From the IMG/VR virus record IMGVR_UViG_2675903434_000005: a DNA stretch of 12,547 nt. The stretch is one strand, 5' to 3'. Within the stretch, counting starts at the first letter, position 1; the number at the start of each line of letters is the position of its first letter. Below, one piece after another: positions 7,429 to 12,547 of the stretch. The notes beneath the pieces are model-generated. The model was not told where the DNA came from, ran no database searches, and saw nothing but the letters and a program-made list of their open reading frames with translations. This stretch comes from a virus. Lineage: Duplodnaviria; Heunggongvirae; Uroviricota; Caudoviricetes. A program made the position numbers and the translations under genes.

Positions 7429-8499
7429 ATGGCTAACGCCTGGCTCAGATTATGGCATGACATGCCAAATGACCCTAAGTGGCGAACAATTGCCAGGGTG
7501 TCAGGGCAGCCAATTGCAACAGTGATGGCAGTGTATATCCACCTCCTGGTGAGCGCGTCACGAAATGTCACGCGAGGTCACATTGATGTCACGACAGAAG
7601 ATTTGGCAAGTGCGCTCGACGTGACAGAAGAGGTAATTGATTCAATTTTGCAGACGATGCAGGGGCGGGTACTTGATGGTGATTTAATCACTGGATGGGA
7701 AAAACGCCAGGTGCTGAAAGAGGACAACGGCAATATTTCGCAAACCGCAAAATCTCCGGCAGAGCGCAAGAGGGCGCAGCGAGAGAGGGAAAGAAAGCGG
7801 GAACAAAATGGCGATTGTCACGGCGCGTCACGAAATGTCACGCACATGTCACGACGAGTCACGACAGATAAAGATACAGATAAAGATACAGATCAAGAAG
7901 ATCAAAACACTATGGTCCATGGCGTAAAAAACGCCACGAACCAGGCAGGGGATGTTCAGACCGTCAATCCTGGTCAGCCAGCAGGCACGACACCGGAAGC
8001 CGATTCAGCGTATGCGCTGAAAGCCGATTCGGGCGCTGTGCAGCAGGTGATGACCCCAAGGCCGGAGCAATCACACCAACTGCAGCAGCCTGAAGCCGAT
8101 TCCGCCATTCAGCGGGAAGCCGATCGGGTAGTCCCGGAAAACACCGGGCTGTCTGTGGGACGAGTGGATTATCCGGATGTGTTCGAACAGGTCTGGCGGG
8201 AGTACCCGTTGCGTGCCGGAGCAAACCCGAAGAAATCCGCTTTCAGTGCCTGGAAGGCCAGATTACGCGAGGGGGTGCCACCAGAGGCCATGCTGGATGG
8301 CGTGAGGCGTTACGCAAGATACTTGGCGGCTACCGGGAAAACGGGAACGGAATTTGTTCAGCGAGCGACGACGTTTTTTGGACCGGACCGGAATTTTGAG
8401 AACCCCTGGTTGCTCCCGGTAAGCGGCACGAACAACCAGCGTTGTGTGAATCATATTTCTGAACCGGATACCGAAATTCCACCGGGCTTCAGGGGGTAA
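7429..8499 (+). CDS. Replication initiator (lambda O-like, replisome-organizer N-terminal domain), origin embedded in the gene
   Basis: ORF track 7423..8499. ATG 7429 is preferred, with AAGAGG about 5 nt upstream. N-terminus ANAWLRLWHDMPNDPKWRTIA resembles phage replisome-organizer N-terminal domains. The gene contains two iteron clusters and an AT-rich tandem repeat, as ori-lambda lies within O. Confidence 0.75.
   Translation: MANAWLRLWHDMPNDPKWRTIARVSGQPIATVMAVYIHLLVSASRNVTRGHIDVTTEDLASALDVTEEVIDSILQTMQGRVLDGDLITGWEKRQVLKEDNGNISQTAKSPAERKRAQRERERKREQNGDCHGASRNVTHMSRRVTTDKDTDKDTDQEDQNTMVHGVKNATNQAGDVQTVNPGQPAGTTPEADSAYALKADSGAVQQVMTPRPEQSHQLQQPEADSAIQREADRVVPENTGLSVGRVDYPDVFEQVWREYPLRAGANPKKSAFSAWKARLREGVPPEAMLDGVRRYARYLAATGKTGTEFVQRATTFFGPDRNFENPWLLPVSGTNNQRCVNHISEPDTEIPPGFRG
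7553..7600. repeat. Iteron cluster 1: four GTCAC(G) copies at 10-11 bp phasing (candidate ori)
   Basis: GTCACG at 7557, 7567 and 7588, plus GTCAC at 7577; helical-turn spacing, inside the replication initiator gene. Confidence 0.5.
7814..7866. repeat. Iteron cluster 2: five GTCACG copies at 10-11 bp phasing (candidate ori)
   Basis: GTCACG at 7817, 7827, 7837, 7848 and 7858. The 21-mer GCGCGTCACGAAATGTCACGC is shared with cluster 1. Confidence 0.5.
7867..7910. repeat. AT-rich tandem repeat next to the iterons (possible DNA-unwinding element with two GATC sites)
   Basis: Perfect 2 x 12-bp tandem GATAAAGATACA (7867-7890), then GATCAAGAAGATCAAAAC; encodes DKDTDKDTDQEDQ within the initiator. Confidence 0.45.
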
Positions 8500-8539
8500 G
8501 TGTTGATTTCTGGTCATGAGGTAATTTTCAGGAGGGCTT

Positions 8540-8962
8540 GTGGCAAAAGTTTTTACACAAGAAGAGCGAGAAAAAATTAAAGGGCAGGTTGTTGAACTCG
8601 TACGCCAGAGTGGGCGTGAGACGTTACGGCAACTGGAAGTCAAGACAGGTGCGACAAGATATCTGATGAGCGTTCTCGCAAGAGAGCTGGTTGCCAGCGG
8701 CGATGTATACAACTCCGGCTACGGGTTATTCCCCTCTGAACAGGCGCGTAAGGACTGGCAAAACGCCCGCAAAAAACTCTCGAGGGCAAAGGTGAAGAAA
8801 CCTGCTGTGGTTGATCCGGACCTTATCTGGTCATCACCTGACGGAGAAATACGTCGCTACGACAGTCGCCTAAACATAATCTGTCGCGAGTGCCGGAAGA
8901 GTGAAGCTATGCAGCGTGTACTGGCTTTCTATCAGGGTAATTTTCAGGAGGCGGTACTGTGA
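8540..8962 (+). CDS. Hypothetical phage protein (140 aa), GTG start
   Basis: ORF track 8540..8962. GTG at 8540 is preceded by GGAGGG; protein-like composition, C-terminal CRECRK; the stop abuts the next gene region. Confidence 0.6.
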   Translation: MAKVFTQEEREKIKGQVVELVRQSGRETLRQLEVKTGATRYLMSVLARELVASGDVYNSGYGLFPSEQARKDWQNARKKLSRAKVKKPAVVDPDLIWSSPDGEIRRYDSRLNIICRECRKSEAMQRVLAFYQGNFQEAVL

Positions 8963-9019
8963 GTGAAATTAGCTATCAGGCTTCAATTACCGCTGGCATT
9001 CGCATCAAAGGAGAGGAGC

Positions 9020-9376
9020 ATGGAAATAAAACCAGAGGATGAGTTAAGCAATATCGTTTTATTTCCGGTAAAAGAGGATGACCCTCGTAATCAGGTTAAT
9101 TTTCTTTATGAGCCATCGGAAAGACCATATTGTCATCACGCCTCTGTCCGGGTTGACGAAAAAGAGCGTCAGGTCCGCTGTAAAATCTGCGGTGCAGTTG
9201 TGGAGCCATTTGACTGGATGCTCTCTGTGGCGAAAAGAGAAACCAGACTGGCAGATGATGTAAGGCTCTTGCGTCAGGAGGAGCGGGAAAGGCGAAAAAA
9301 TATAGAAAAGCTAATTCAGATTGAGCGTAACGCGAAAGCGCGGATACGCAGGGCGACAAAATCCAGAACTGAATAA
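9020..9376 (+). CDS. Hypothetical protein with CHH...CxxC zinc-ribbon-like motif and basic coiled-coil tail (118 aa)
   Basis: Part of ORF 8963..9376. Start chosen at ATG 9020 (MEIKPEDE), with GGAGAGGAG immediately upstream. Motif PYCHHASVRVDEKERQVRCKICG. Confidence 0.6.
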   Translation: MEIKPEDELSNIVLFPVKEDDPRNQVNFLYEPSERPYCHHASVRVDEKERQVRCKICGAVVEPFDWMLSVAKRETRLADDVRLLRQEERERRKNIEKLIQIERNAKARIRRATKSRTE

Positions 9377-9469
9377 TTAAATTTAGCTCTGTTAAAAATT
9401 TAATCCTTAACCGGAGGGATTTCTGCACCCTCAGAACATCAGGAGGCCGCCCGAAAGGGCGGTAGTTAA

Positions 9470-9652
9470 ATGCGAAAGTTTAAAATAATTATTGAAACGG
9501 GAATAGCCGGTGGAGATTTCGAGGATGAATTCGAAGTGGATGATGATGCGACGCCTGATGAAATACATGACGAAGCAAAAGATATTTTCTTTAACTACTG
9601 CAATTACTCATATCACGAAATAAAAGACGAAGAGGAAGAACAAAATGGCTGA
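9470..9652 (+). CDS. Small highly acidic protein (60 aa, about 21 Asp/Glu against 5 Lys/Arg)
   Basis: ORF track 9470..9652. An AGGAGG Shine-Dalgarno lies 23 nt upstream, with a GC hairpin between it and the ATG. Confidence 0.55.
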   Translation: MRKFKIIIETGIAGGDFEDEFEVDDDATPDEIHDEAKDIFFNYCNYSYHEIKDEEEEQNG

Positions 9653-9821
9653 TTTTGGTTCAACTAAATACAACGTCAGTTTTGAAGAATGGCATGAACT
9701 GTTAATGGACTATGCAGAGTTACGTGGTGGCAGTGCTGCTGATGCTGAAGCATGGCGTGATGATTATGAAGCAGGAAAAACTCCGGTCGAAGCATATTGT
9801 GATGAGTGGGGCGATGAATGA
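9645..9821 (+). CDS. Small acidic Trp-rich protein (58 aa)
   Basis: Translated by hand: MADFGSTKYNVSFEEWHELLMDYAELRGGSAADAEAWRDDYEAGKTPVEAYCDEWGDE. GAGGAAG Shine-Dalgarno about 7 nt upstream; overlaps the upstream stop and ends in an ATGA overlap with the next ORF. Confidence 0.5.
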   Translation: MADFGSTKYNVSFEEWHELLMDYAELRGGSAADAEAWRDDYEAGKTPVEAYCDEWGDE

Positions 9822-10134
9822 GCGAGGTTAATTATCAGGAAGGGCATGAAACGGCGGGGCAAGCAAAAACAGTGGCATGGCGATATCGCTACGTGAAAAA
9901 AAAGGCGTTACGGACTTTCAGGGGAAGTAGTGGTCTGGTGACTGGAAATATGTACCGAAAAAAGAGGATTGTAACGACAGGCCGAACTATGAAATTCAGG
10001 CCTTATTCACTGCCCCGCCAGTCCCGGTTACATCAGAAGAACTGGTTAAAGCTGTGCACTTTTATGAACAACTAAAACGCGAAAATCCACCAGCATCCGG
10101 AAACCTGATTACAGATTCCCAGATAAGGCAATGA
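9818..10134 (+). pseudogene. Disrupted coding region: ATG-initiated frame and stop-coupled frame differ by -1 (frameshift pseudogene or programmed frameshift)
   Basis: Frame A (ATG 9818, coupled to the upstream stop) becomes Lys/Arg-rich and ends at 10075. The -1 frame holds a protein-like 67-codon stretch (WSGDWKYVPKKEDCNDRPNYEIQALF...DSQIRQ) ending in TGA 10132-10134 coupled to a downstream ATG, but has no start and follows TAG 9928-9930. A_AAA_AAG heptamers are phased in frame A at 9898-9904 and 9958-9964. Confidence 0.4.
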
Positions 10135-10229
10135 GCTACCTGGCGCAGAACGGGCTGATAAGTATGGGGAATGTTTTACGATGAATATTTAGACTAAAGA
10201 GTTTGTAACGCTATGTAAGTGATTTTTTC

Positions 10230-10258
10230 TGGTTTAGATATTTATATGTCCGGCCAAA
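10230..10258. repeat. Upstream copy of an imperfect ~30-bp direct repeat flanking the AT-rich membrane-protein gene
   Basis: TGGTTTAGATATTTATATGTCCGGCCAAA here versus TGGTTTAGTTGGATATTTACTGTGCCGGACAAA at 10501-10534. Confidence 0.5.
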
Positions 10259-10304
10259 TTGAGGTGTGTTTAAATGTAATTGCACATTGATTGTAGGAGG
10301 AATA

Positions 10305-10484
10305 ATGAAAAACGCATTGCAGTTTTTGTTTGTTGCGTTCTGGTTGTTCGTATCATGTATGCCCATCATCTTCACAGCAAGGTATATGGAAAAAGTTGAT
10401 GTTTTGATATTAATATTTGGATATATAAATGCCCTTTTTTTAGGGGTGTTCATGGCGGTCATGTGCATTGAATACTGGCGGTAA
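10305..10484 (+). CDS. Small two-helix membrane protein (59 aa) on an AT-rich islet
   Basis: Part of ORF 10266..10484. Start chosen at ATG 10305, with a perfect AGGAGG 5 nt upstream. Two hydrophobic helices (ALQFLFVAFWLFVSCMPIIF and VLILIFGYINALFLGVFMAVMCI). GC is visibly lower than in the flanks. Confidence 0.55.
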   Translation: MKNALQFLFVAFWLFVSCMPIIFTARYMEKVDVLILIFGYINALFLGVFMAVMCIEYWR

Positions 10485-10500
10485 ATACAGCGAACGCCAT

Positions 10501-10534
10501 TGGTTTAGTTGGATATTTACTGTGCCGGACAAAA
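10501..10534. repeat. Downstream copy of the ~30-bp direct repeat, immediately upstream of the candidate hok promoter
   Basis: See the repeat at 10230-10258. Confidence 0.5.
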
Positions 10535-10539
10535 ACGGT

Positions 10540-10567
10540 TTGCGGGGAAATCTTAGTTAAGTAGAAT
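10540..10567 (+). promoter_or_regulatory. Candidate hok mRNA promoter
   Basis: TTGCGG (10540-10545), 16-bp spacer, TAGAAT (10562-10567). The predicted transcript start falls at about 10574, inside the 5' element that is complementary to the mRNA 3' end. Confidence 0.4.
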
Positions 10568-10686
10568 GACTGCGGGTGCTTGAGGCTATCTGTCTCAGGC
10601 ATGAACACCAAAAGGCAGATAGAGAAAAGCCCCAGTTAACATTACGCGTCCTGCAAGACGCTTAACATTAATCTGAGGCCATATCT

Positions 10687-10746
10687 ATGCGACACATAGA
10701 GATTAGCCTCTTACGGACCGAAAGGTCAAGGAGAAGCAGGCTATGA
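10687..10746 (+). CDS. Short leader ORF translationally coupled to hok (mok-like, 19 codons)
   Basis: ATG 10687 with GAGG upstream; its TGA stop (10744-10746) overlaps the hok ATG (10743-10745) as ATGA. Confidence 0.35.
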   Translation: MRHIEISLLRTERSRRSRL

Positions 10747-10898
10747 AGCAGCAAAAGGCGATGTTAATCGCCCTGATCGTCATCTGTTTAACCGTCATAG
10801 TGACGGCACTGGTAACGAGGAAAGACCTCTGCGAGGTACGAATCCGAACCGGCCAGACGGAGGTCGCTGTCTTCACAGCTTACGAACCTGAGGAGTAA
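10743..10898 (+). CDS. hokD: Hok/Gef-family type I toxin (51 aa), RelF/HokD-like
   Basis: Translated by hand: MKQQKAMLIALIVICLTVIVTALVTRKDLCEVRIRTGQTEVAVFTAYEPEE, which has the Hok/Gef signature (single TM helix, TRKxLCE, conserved periplasmic tail). AAGGAG Shine-Dalgarno upstream. Position before the Rem-like and YdfU-like genes matches Qin hokD. Confidence 0.8.
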   Translation: MKQQKAMLIALIVICLTVIVTALVTRKDLCEVRIRTGQTEVAVFTAYEPEE

Positions 10899-10967
10899 GA
10901 GACCTGGCGGGGGAGAAATCCCTCGCCACCTCTGATGTGTCAGGCATCCTCAACGCACCCGCACGTA

Positions 10968-10993
10968 ACCCGCTTCGGCGGGTTTTGTTTTTT
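10968..10993 (+). terminator. Intrinsic terminator at the end of the hok transcript
   Basis: ACCCGC-TTCG-GCGGGT hairpin followed by TTTTGTTTTTT. Confidence 0.6.
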
Positions 10994-11065
10994 CCTGGCA
11001 TTCTGGTTTACAATTCGCACGCCAGCCTGAACAACTGGCACCTGCTGCGCCAGCAGAGACAACCG

Positions 11066-11344
11066 ATGGCGCACGATACCAAATTACACAATTCTAATGA
11101 TTCTGCCGTCTTTGCCAGTAGGTGCGGACGGCGTTTTCACGCATTCAAATCAGACTGGTTCCAGCATCCTCCATGCACTGAAGAGCAGGCGGAATGGATA
11201 ATTCAGTGTTACCGCAGGCGCGGATACGAGGTTAAGAAAGCTCTTAGCCTCGACTACCGTCACTGGATAATCTCAGTCAGACTCCCTTACTCCGAACGCC
11301 CACCGCGTTCATCCCGCACATACCAGCAACGGATCTGGAGGTAA
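11066..11344 (+). CDS. Small Cys/Arg-rich protein, Rem-like by position (92 aa)
   Basis: Part of ORF 10937..11344. The first ATG lying downstream of the hok terminator is 11066; it has no strong ribosome-binding site. The stop lies 1 nt before the next gene. Sits between hok and the YdfU-like gene. Confidence 0.45.
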   Translation: MAHDTKLHNSNDSAVFASRCGRRFHAFKSDWFQHPPCTEEQAEWIIQCYRRRGYEVKKALSLDYRHWIISVRLPYSERPPRSSRTYQQRIWR

Positions 11345-11345
11345 C

Positions 11346-12395
11346 GTGCGGGTATTACTTCGACCTGTTCTGGTACCGGAACTCGGGGTGGTGATCGTTA
11401 AGCCGGGCCGTGAATCCATGCCGGTATTCCACAATACCCGGGTACTGGTGGAGCCGGAACCGAAAAGCATGCGTAATCTGCCGTCCGGGGTCGTTCCTGC
11501 CGTTCGCCAGCCGCTGGTGGAAGACAAAACATTGCTGCCGTTTTTCAGTAACGCACGGGTGATTCGTGCTGCTGGTGGTGCTGGTGCATTGTCTGACTGG
11601 CTGTTGCGCCATATTAAATCCTGCCAGTGGCCACACGGCGATTATCACCACAGTGAAACCGTCATTCACCGTTATGGTACCGGCGCAATGGTGTTGTGCT
11701 GGCACTGCGACAACCAGCTGCGTGACCAGACATCCGAATCACTCGAGCAACTTGCTCATCAAAACCTGTCAGCATGGATGATTGACGTCATCGGTCACGC
11801 AATAAGCGGTACGCAGGAGCGTGAATTATCTCTGGCTGAATTATCCTGGTGGGCGGTCCGAAATCAGGTGGCGGATGCGCTACCTGAAGCGGTATTACGT
11901 CGCTCGCTGGGATTACCAGCGGAAAAAATCCGCTCAATGTACCGCGAAAGCGACATCGTACCGGGAGAGCAGACCGCCACCAGCATATTGAAACAGCGCA
12001 CAAAAAATCTTGCACTGTTGCCTCACGCCCACCAGGAACAACACCCACTACAGGAAAGGACGGTGGTAAGCATCACCGTTGATCCTGAGTCTCCGGAATC
12101 TTTCATGAAGCTACCTAAACGTCGCCGCTGGGTTAAGGAGAAATACACTCGCTGGGTGAAGACACAGCCGTGTGCTTGCTGCGGTATGCCAGCCGACGAT
12201 CCGCATCATCTGATTGGTCACGGGCAGGGCGGAATGGGAACCAAAGCACATGATCTTTTTGTGTTGCCTTTATGCAGAAAGCATCACGACGAACTGCATA
12301 CGGATACCGTGGCATTTGAAGAGAAGTATGGCTCCCAACTGGAGCTGATTTTTCGATTTATCGATCACGCGCTGGCAATTGGTGTGCTGGCCTAA
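11346..12395 (+). CDS. YdfU-like (DUF968-type) protein, 349 aa, with C-terminal HNH-like zinc-finger motif
   Basis: ORF track 11346..12395. GTG start preceded by GGAGG at 6-nt spacing. C-terminus CACCGMPADDPHHLIGHG...LCRKHHDELH resembles an HNH nuclease fold. Length and position immediately upstream of Q match Qin ydfU. Confidence 0.8.
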   Translation: MRVLLRPVLVPELGVVIVKPGRESMPVFHNTRVLVEPEPKSMRNLPSGVVPAVRQPLVEDKTLLPFFSNARVIRAAGGAGALSDWLLRHIKSCQWPHGDYHHSETVIHRYGTGAMVLCWHCDNQLRDQTSESLEQLAHQNLSAWMIDVIGHAISGTQERELSLAELSWWAVRNQVADALPEAVLRRSLGLPAEKIRSMYRESDIVPGEQTATSILKQRTKNLALLPHAHQEQHPLQERTVVSITVDPESPESFMKLPKRRRWVKEKYTRWVKTQPCACCGMPADDPHHLIGHGQGGMGTKAHDLFVLPLCRKHHDELHTDTVAFEEKYGSQLELIFRFIDHALAIGVLA

Positions 12396-12412
12396 TTTTG
12401 TGGAGTAAGTTG

Positions 12413-12459
12413 ATGCGTGATATTCAGATGGTTCTTGAGCGTTGGGGAGCGTGGGCGGC
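12413..12459 (+). CDS. N-terminal fragment of a Q-like late antiterminator, interrupted by an N gap
   Basis: ATG 12413 with GGAG 7 nt upstream. MRDIQMVLERWGAWAA matches my recollection of lambdoid Q-family N-termini. The reading frame after the gap cannot be established. Confidence 0.45.
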
Positions 12460-12469
12460 NNNNNNNNNN
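12460..12469. other. Run of 10 ambiguous bases (assembly gap or mask)
   Basis: Literal n x 10 in the sequence. Confidence 0.99.
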
Positions 12470-12547
12470 GCTTTGCCACAAGGTTTCTCCTCTTTTATCA
12501 ATTTGGGTTGTTATCAAATCGTTACGCGATGTTTGTGTTATCTTTAA

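Noticed and set aside
6057-7769. ORFs 6057..6317 (+), 6913..7128 (-), 7014..7295 (-), 7305..7571 (-) and 7578..7769 (-)
   Set aside because: Antisense or alternative-frame overlaps of the repressor, YdaT-like and initiator genes, with no independent support.
7964-8712. Minus-strand ORFs 7964..8224 and 8263..8712
   Set aside because: Antisense to the initiator and the 140-aa gene; Pro/Arg-rich composition typical of the reverse frame of GC-rich coding sequence.
8963-9019. GTG-initiated extension of the 118-aa protein reported by the ORF track (start 8963)
   Set aside because: The internal ATG 9020 has a strong GGAGAGGAG ribosome-binding site; the upstream extension would overlap the previous stop with no ribosome-binding site.
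9078-9428. ORFs 9078..9263 (+) and 9096..9428 (-)
   Set aside because: Overlap the 118-aa gene in other frames or antisense; no ribosome-binding sites.
9447-9462. GC hairpin read as an intrinsic terminator
   Set aside because: There is no U-tract after the stem (followed by TAGTTAAATG); more consistent with a structured initiation region than with termination.
10211-10468. Minus-strand ORF 10211..10468 (85 aa)
   Set aside because: Antisense to the membrane-protein gene, which has a perfect Shine-Dalgarno and two clear TM helices; AT-rich sequence produces long chance ORFs.
10937-11065. N-terminal extension of the Rem-like ORF (start at 10937)
   Set aside because: It would run through the hok intrinsic terminator; the first ATG beyond the terminator (11066) was used instead.
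11309-12315. ORFs 11309..11527 (-), 11355..11705 (-), 11566..11781 (+), 11788..12048 (-) and 12133..12315 (-)
   Set aside because: All lie within the YdfU-like gene in alternative frames or antisense.
12270-12479. Minus-strand ORF 12270..12479 containing XXXX
   Set aside because: It spans the N gap and is antisense to the YdfU-like 3' end and the Q-like start; an artefact of translating ambiguous bases.
1-12547. CRISPR array, tRNA or rRNA genes, IS elements and att sites
   Set aside because: No regularly spaced identical repeats with unique spacers, no cloverleaf-like tRNA candidates, and no transposase ORF with terminal inverted repeats were seen. The integrase ends at base 2, so any attachment site lies outside the window.

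Overview
This window reads as the integrase-proximal half of a lambdoid prophage of Escherichia/Shigella type, with gene order matching the Qin (dicB/dicF) prophage of E. coli K-12 but apparently intact. All calls are from reading the sequence and the ORF track; no searches were run. Minus strand, left to right: tyrosine integrase (ends at base 2, so att lies outside the window), excisionase, an 823-aa exonuclease (RecE-like N-terminus, central zinc ribbon, C-terminal DEDDh domain), ydfD-like, dicB, the DicF sRNA, ydfC/ydfB/ydfA-like small genes, and a CI-like HTH + S24 peptidase repressor. Plus strand: Cro-like (YdaS-family) and YdaT-like regulators, a replication initiator with iteron arrays inside its own gene, two hypothetical proteins, two very acidic small proteins, a disrupted ORF carrying phased slippery heptamers, an AT-rich islet encoding a 59-aa membrane protein, a complete Hok-family type I toxin locus, Rem-like and YdfU-like proteins, and the start of a Q-like antiterminator cut by a 10-N gap. 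No CRISPR array, tRNA, rRNA or IS element was seen. The best candidates for something undescribed are the acidic small-protein pair, the disrupted ORF, the repeat-flanked AT-rich membrane-protein islet, and the stand-alone hok locus.
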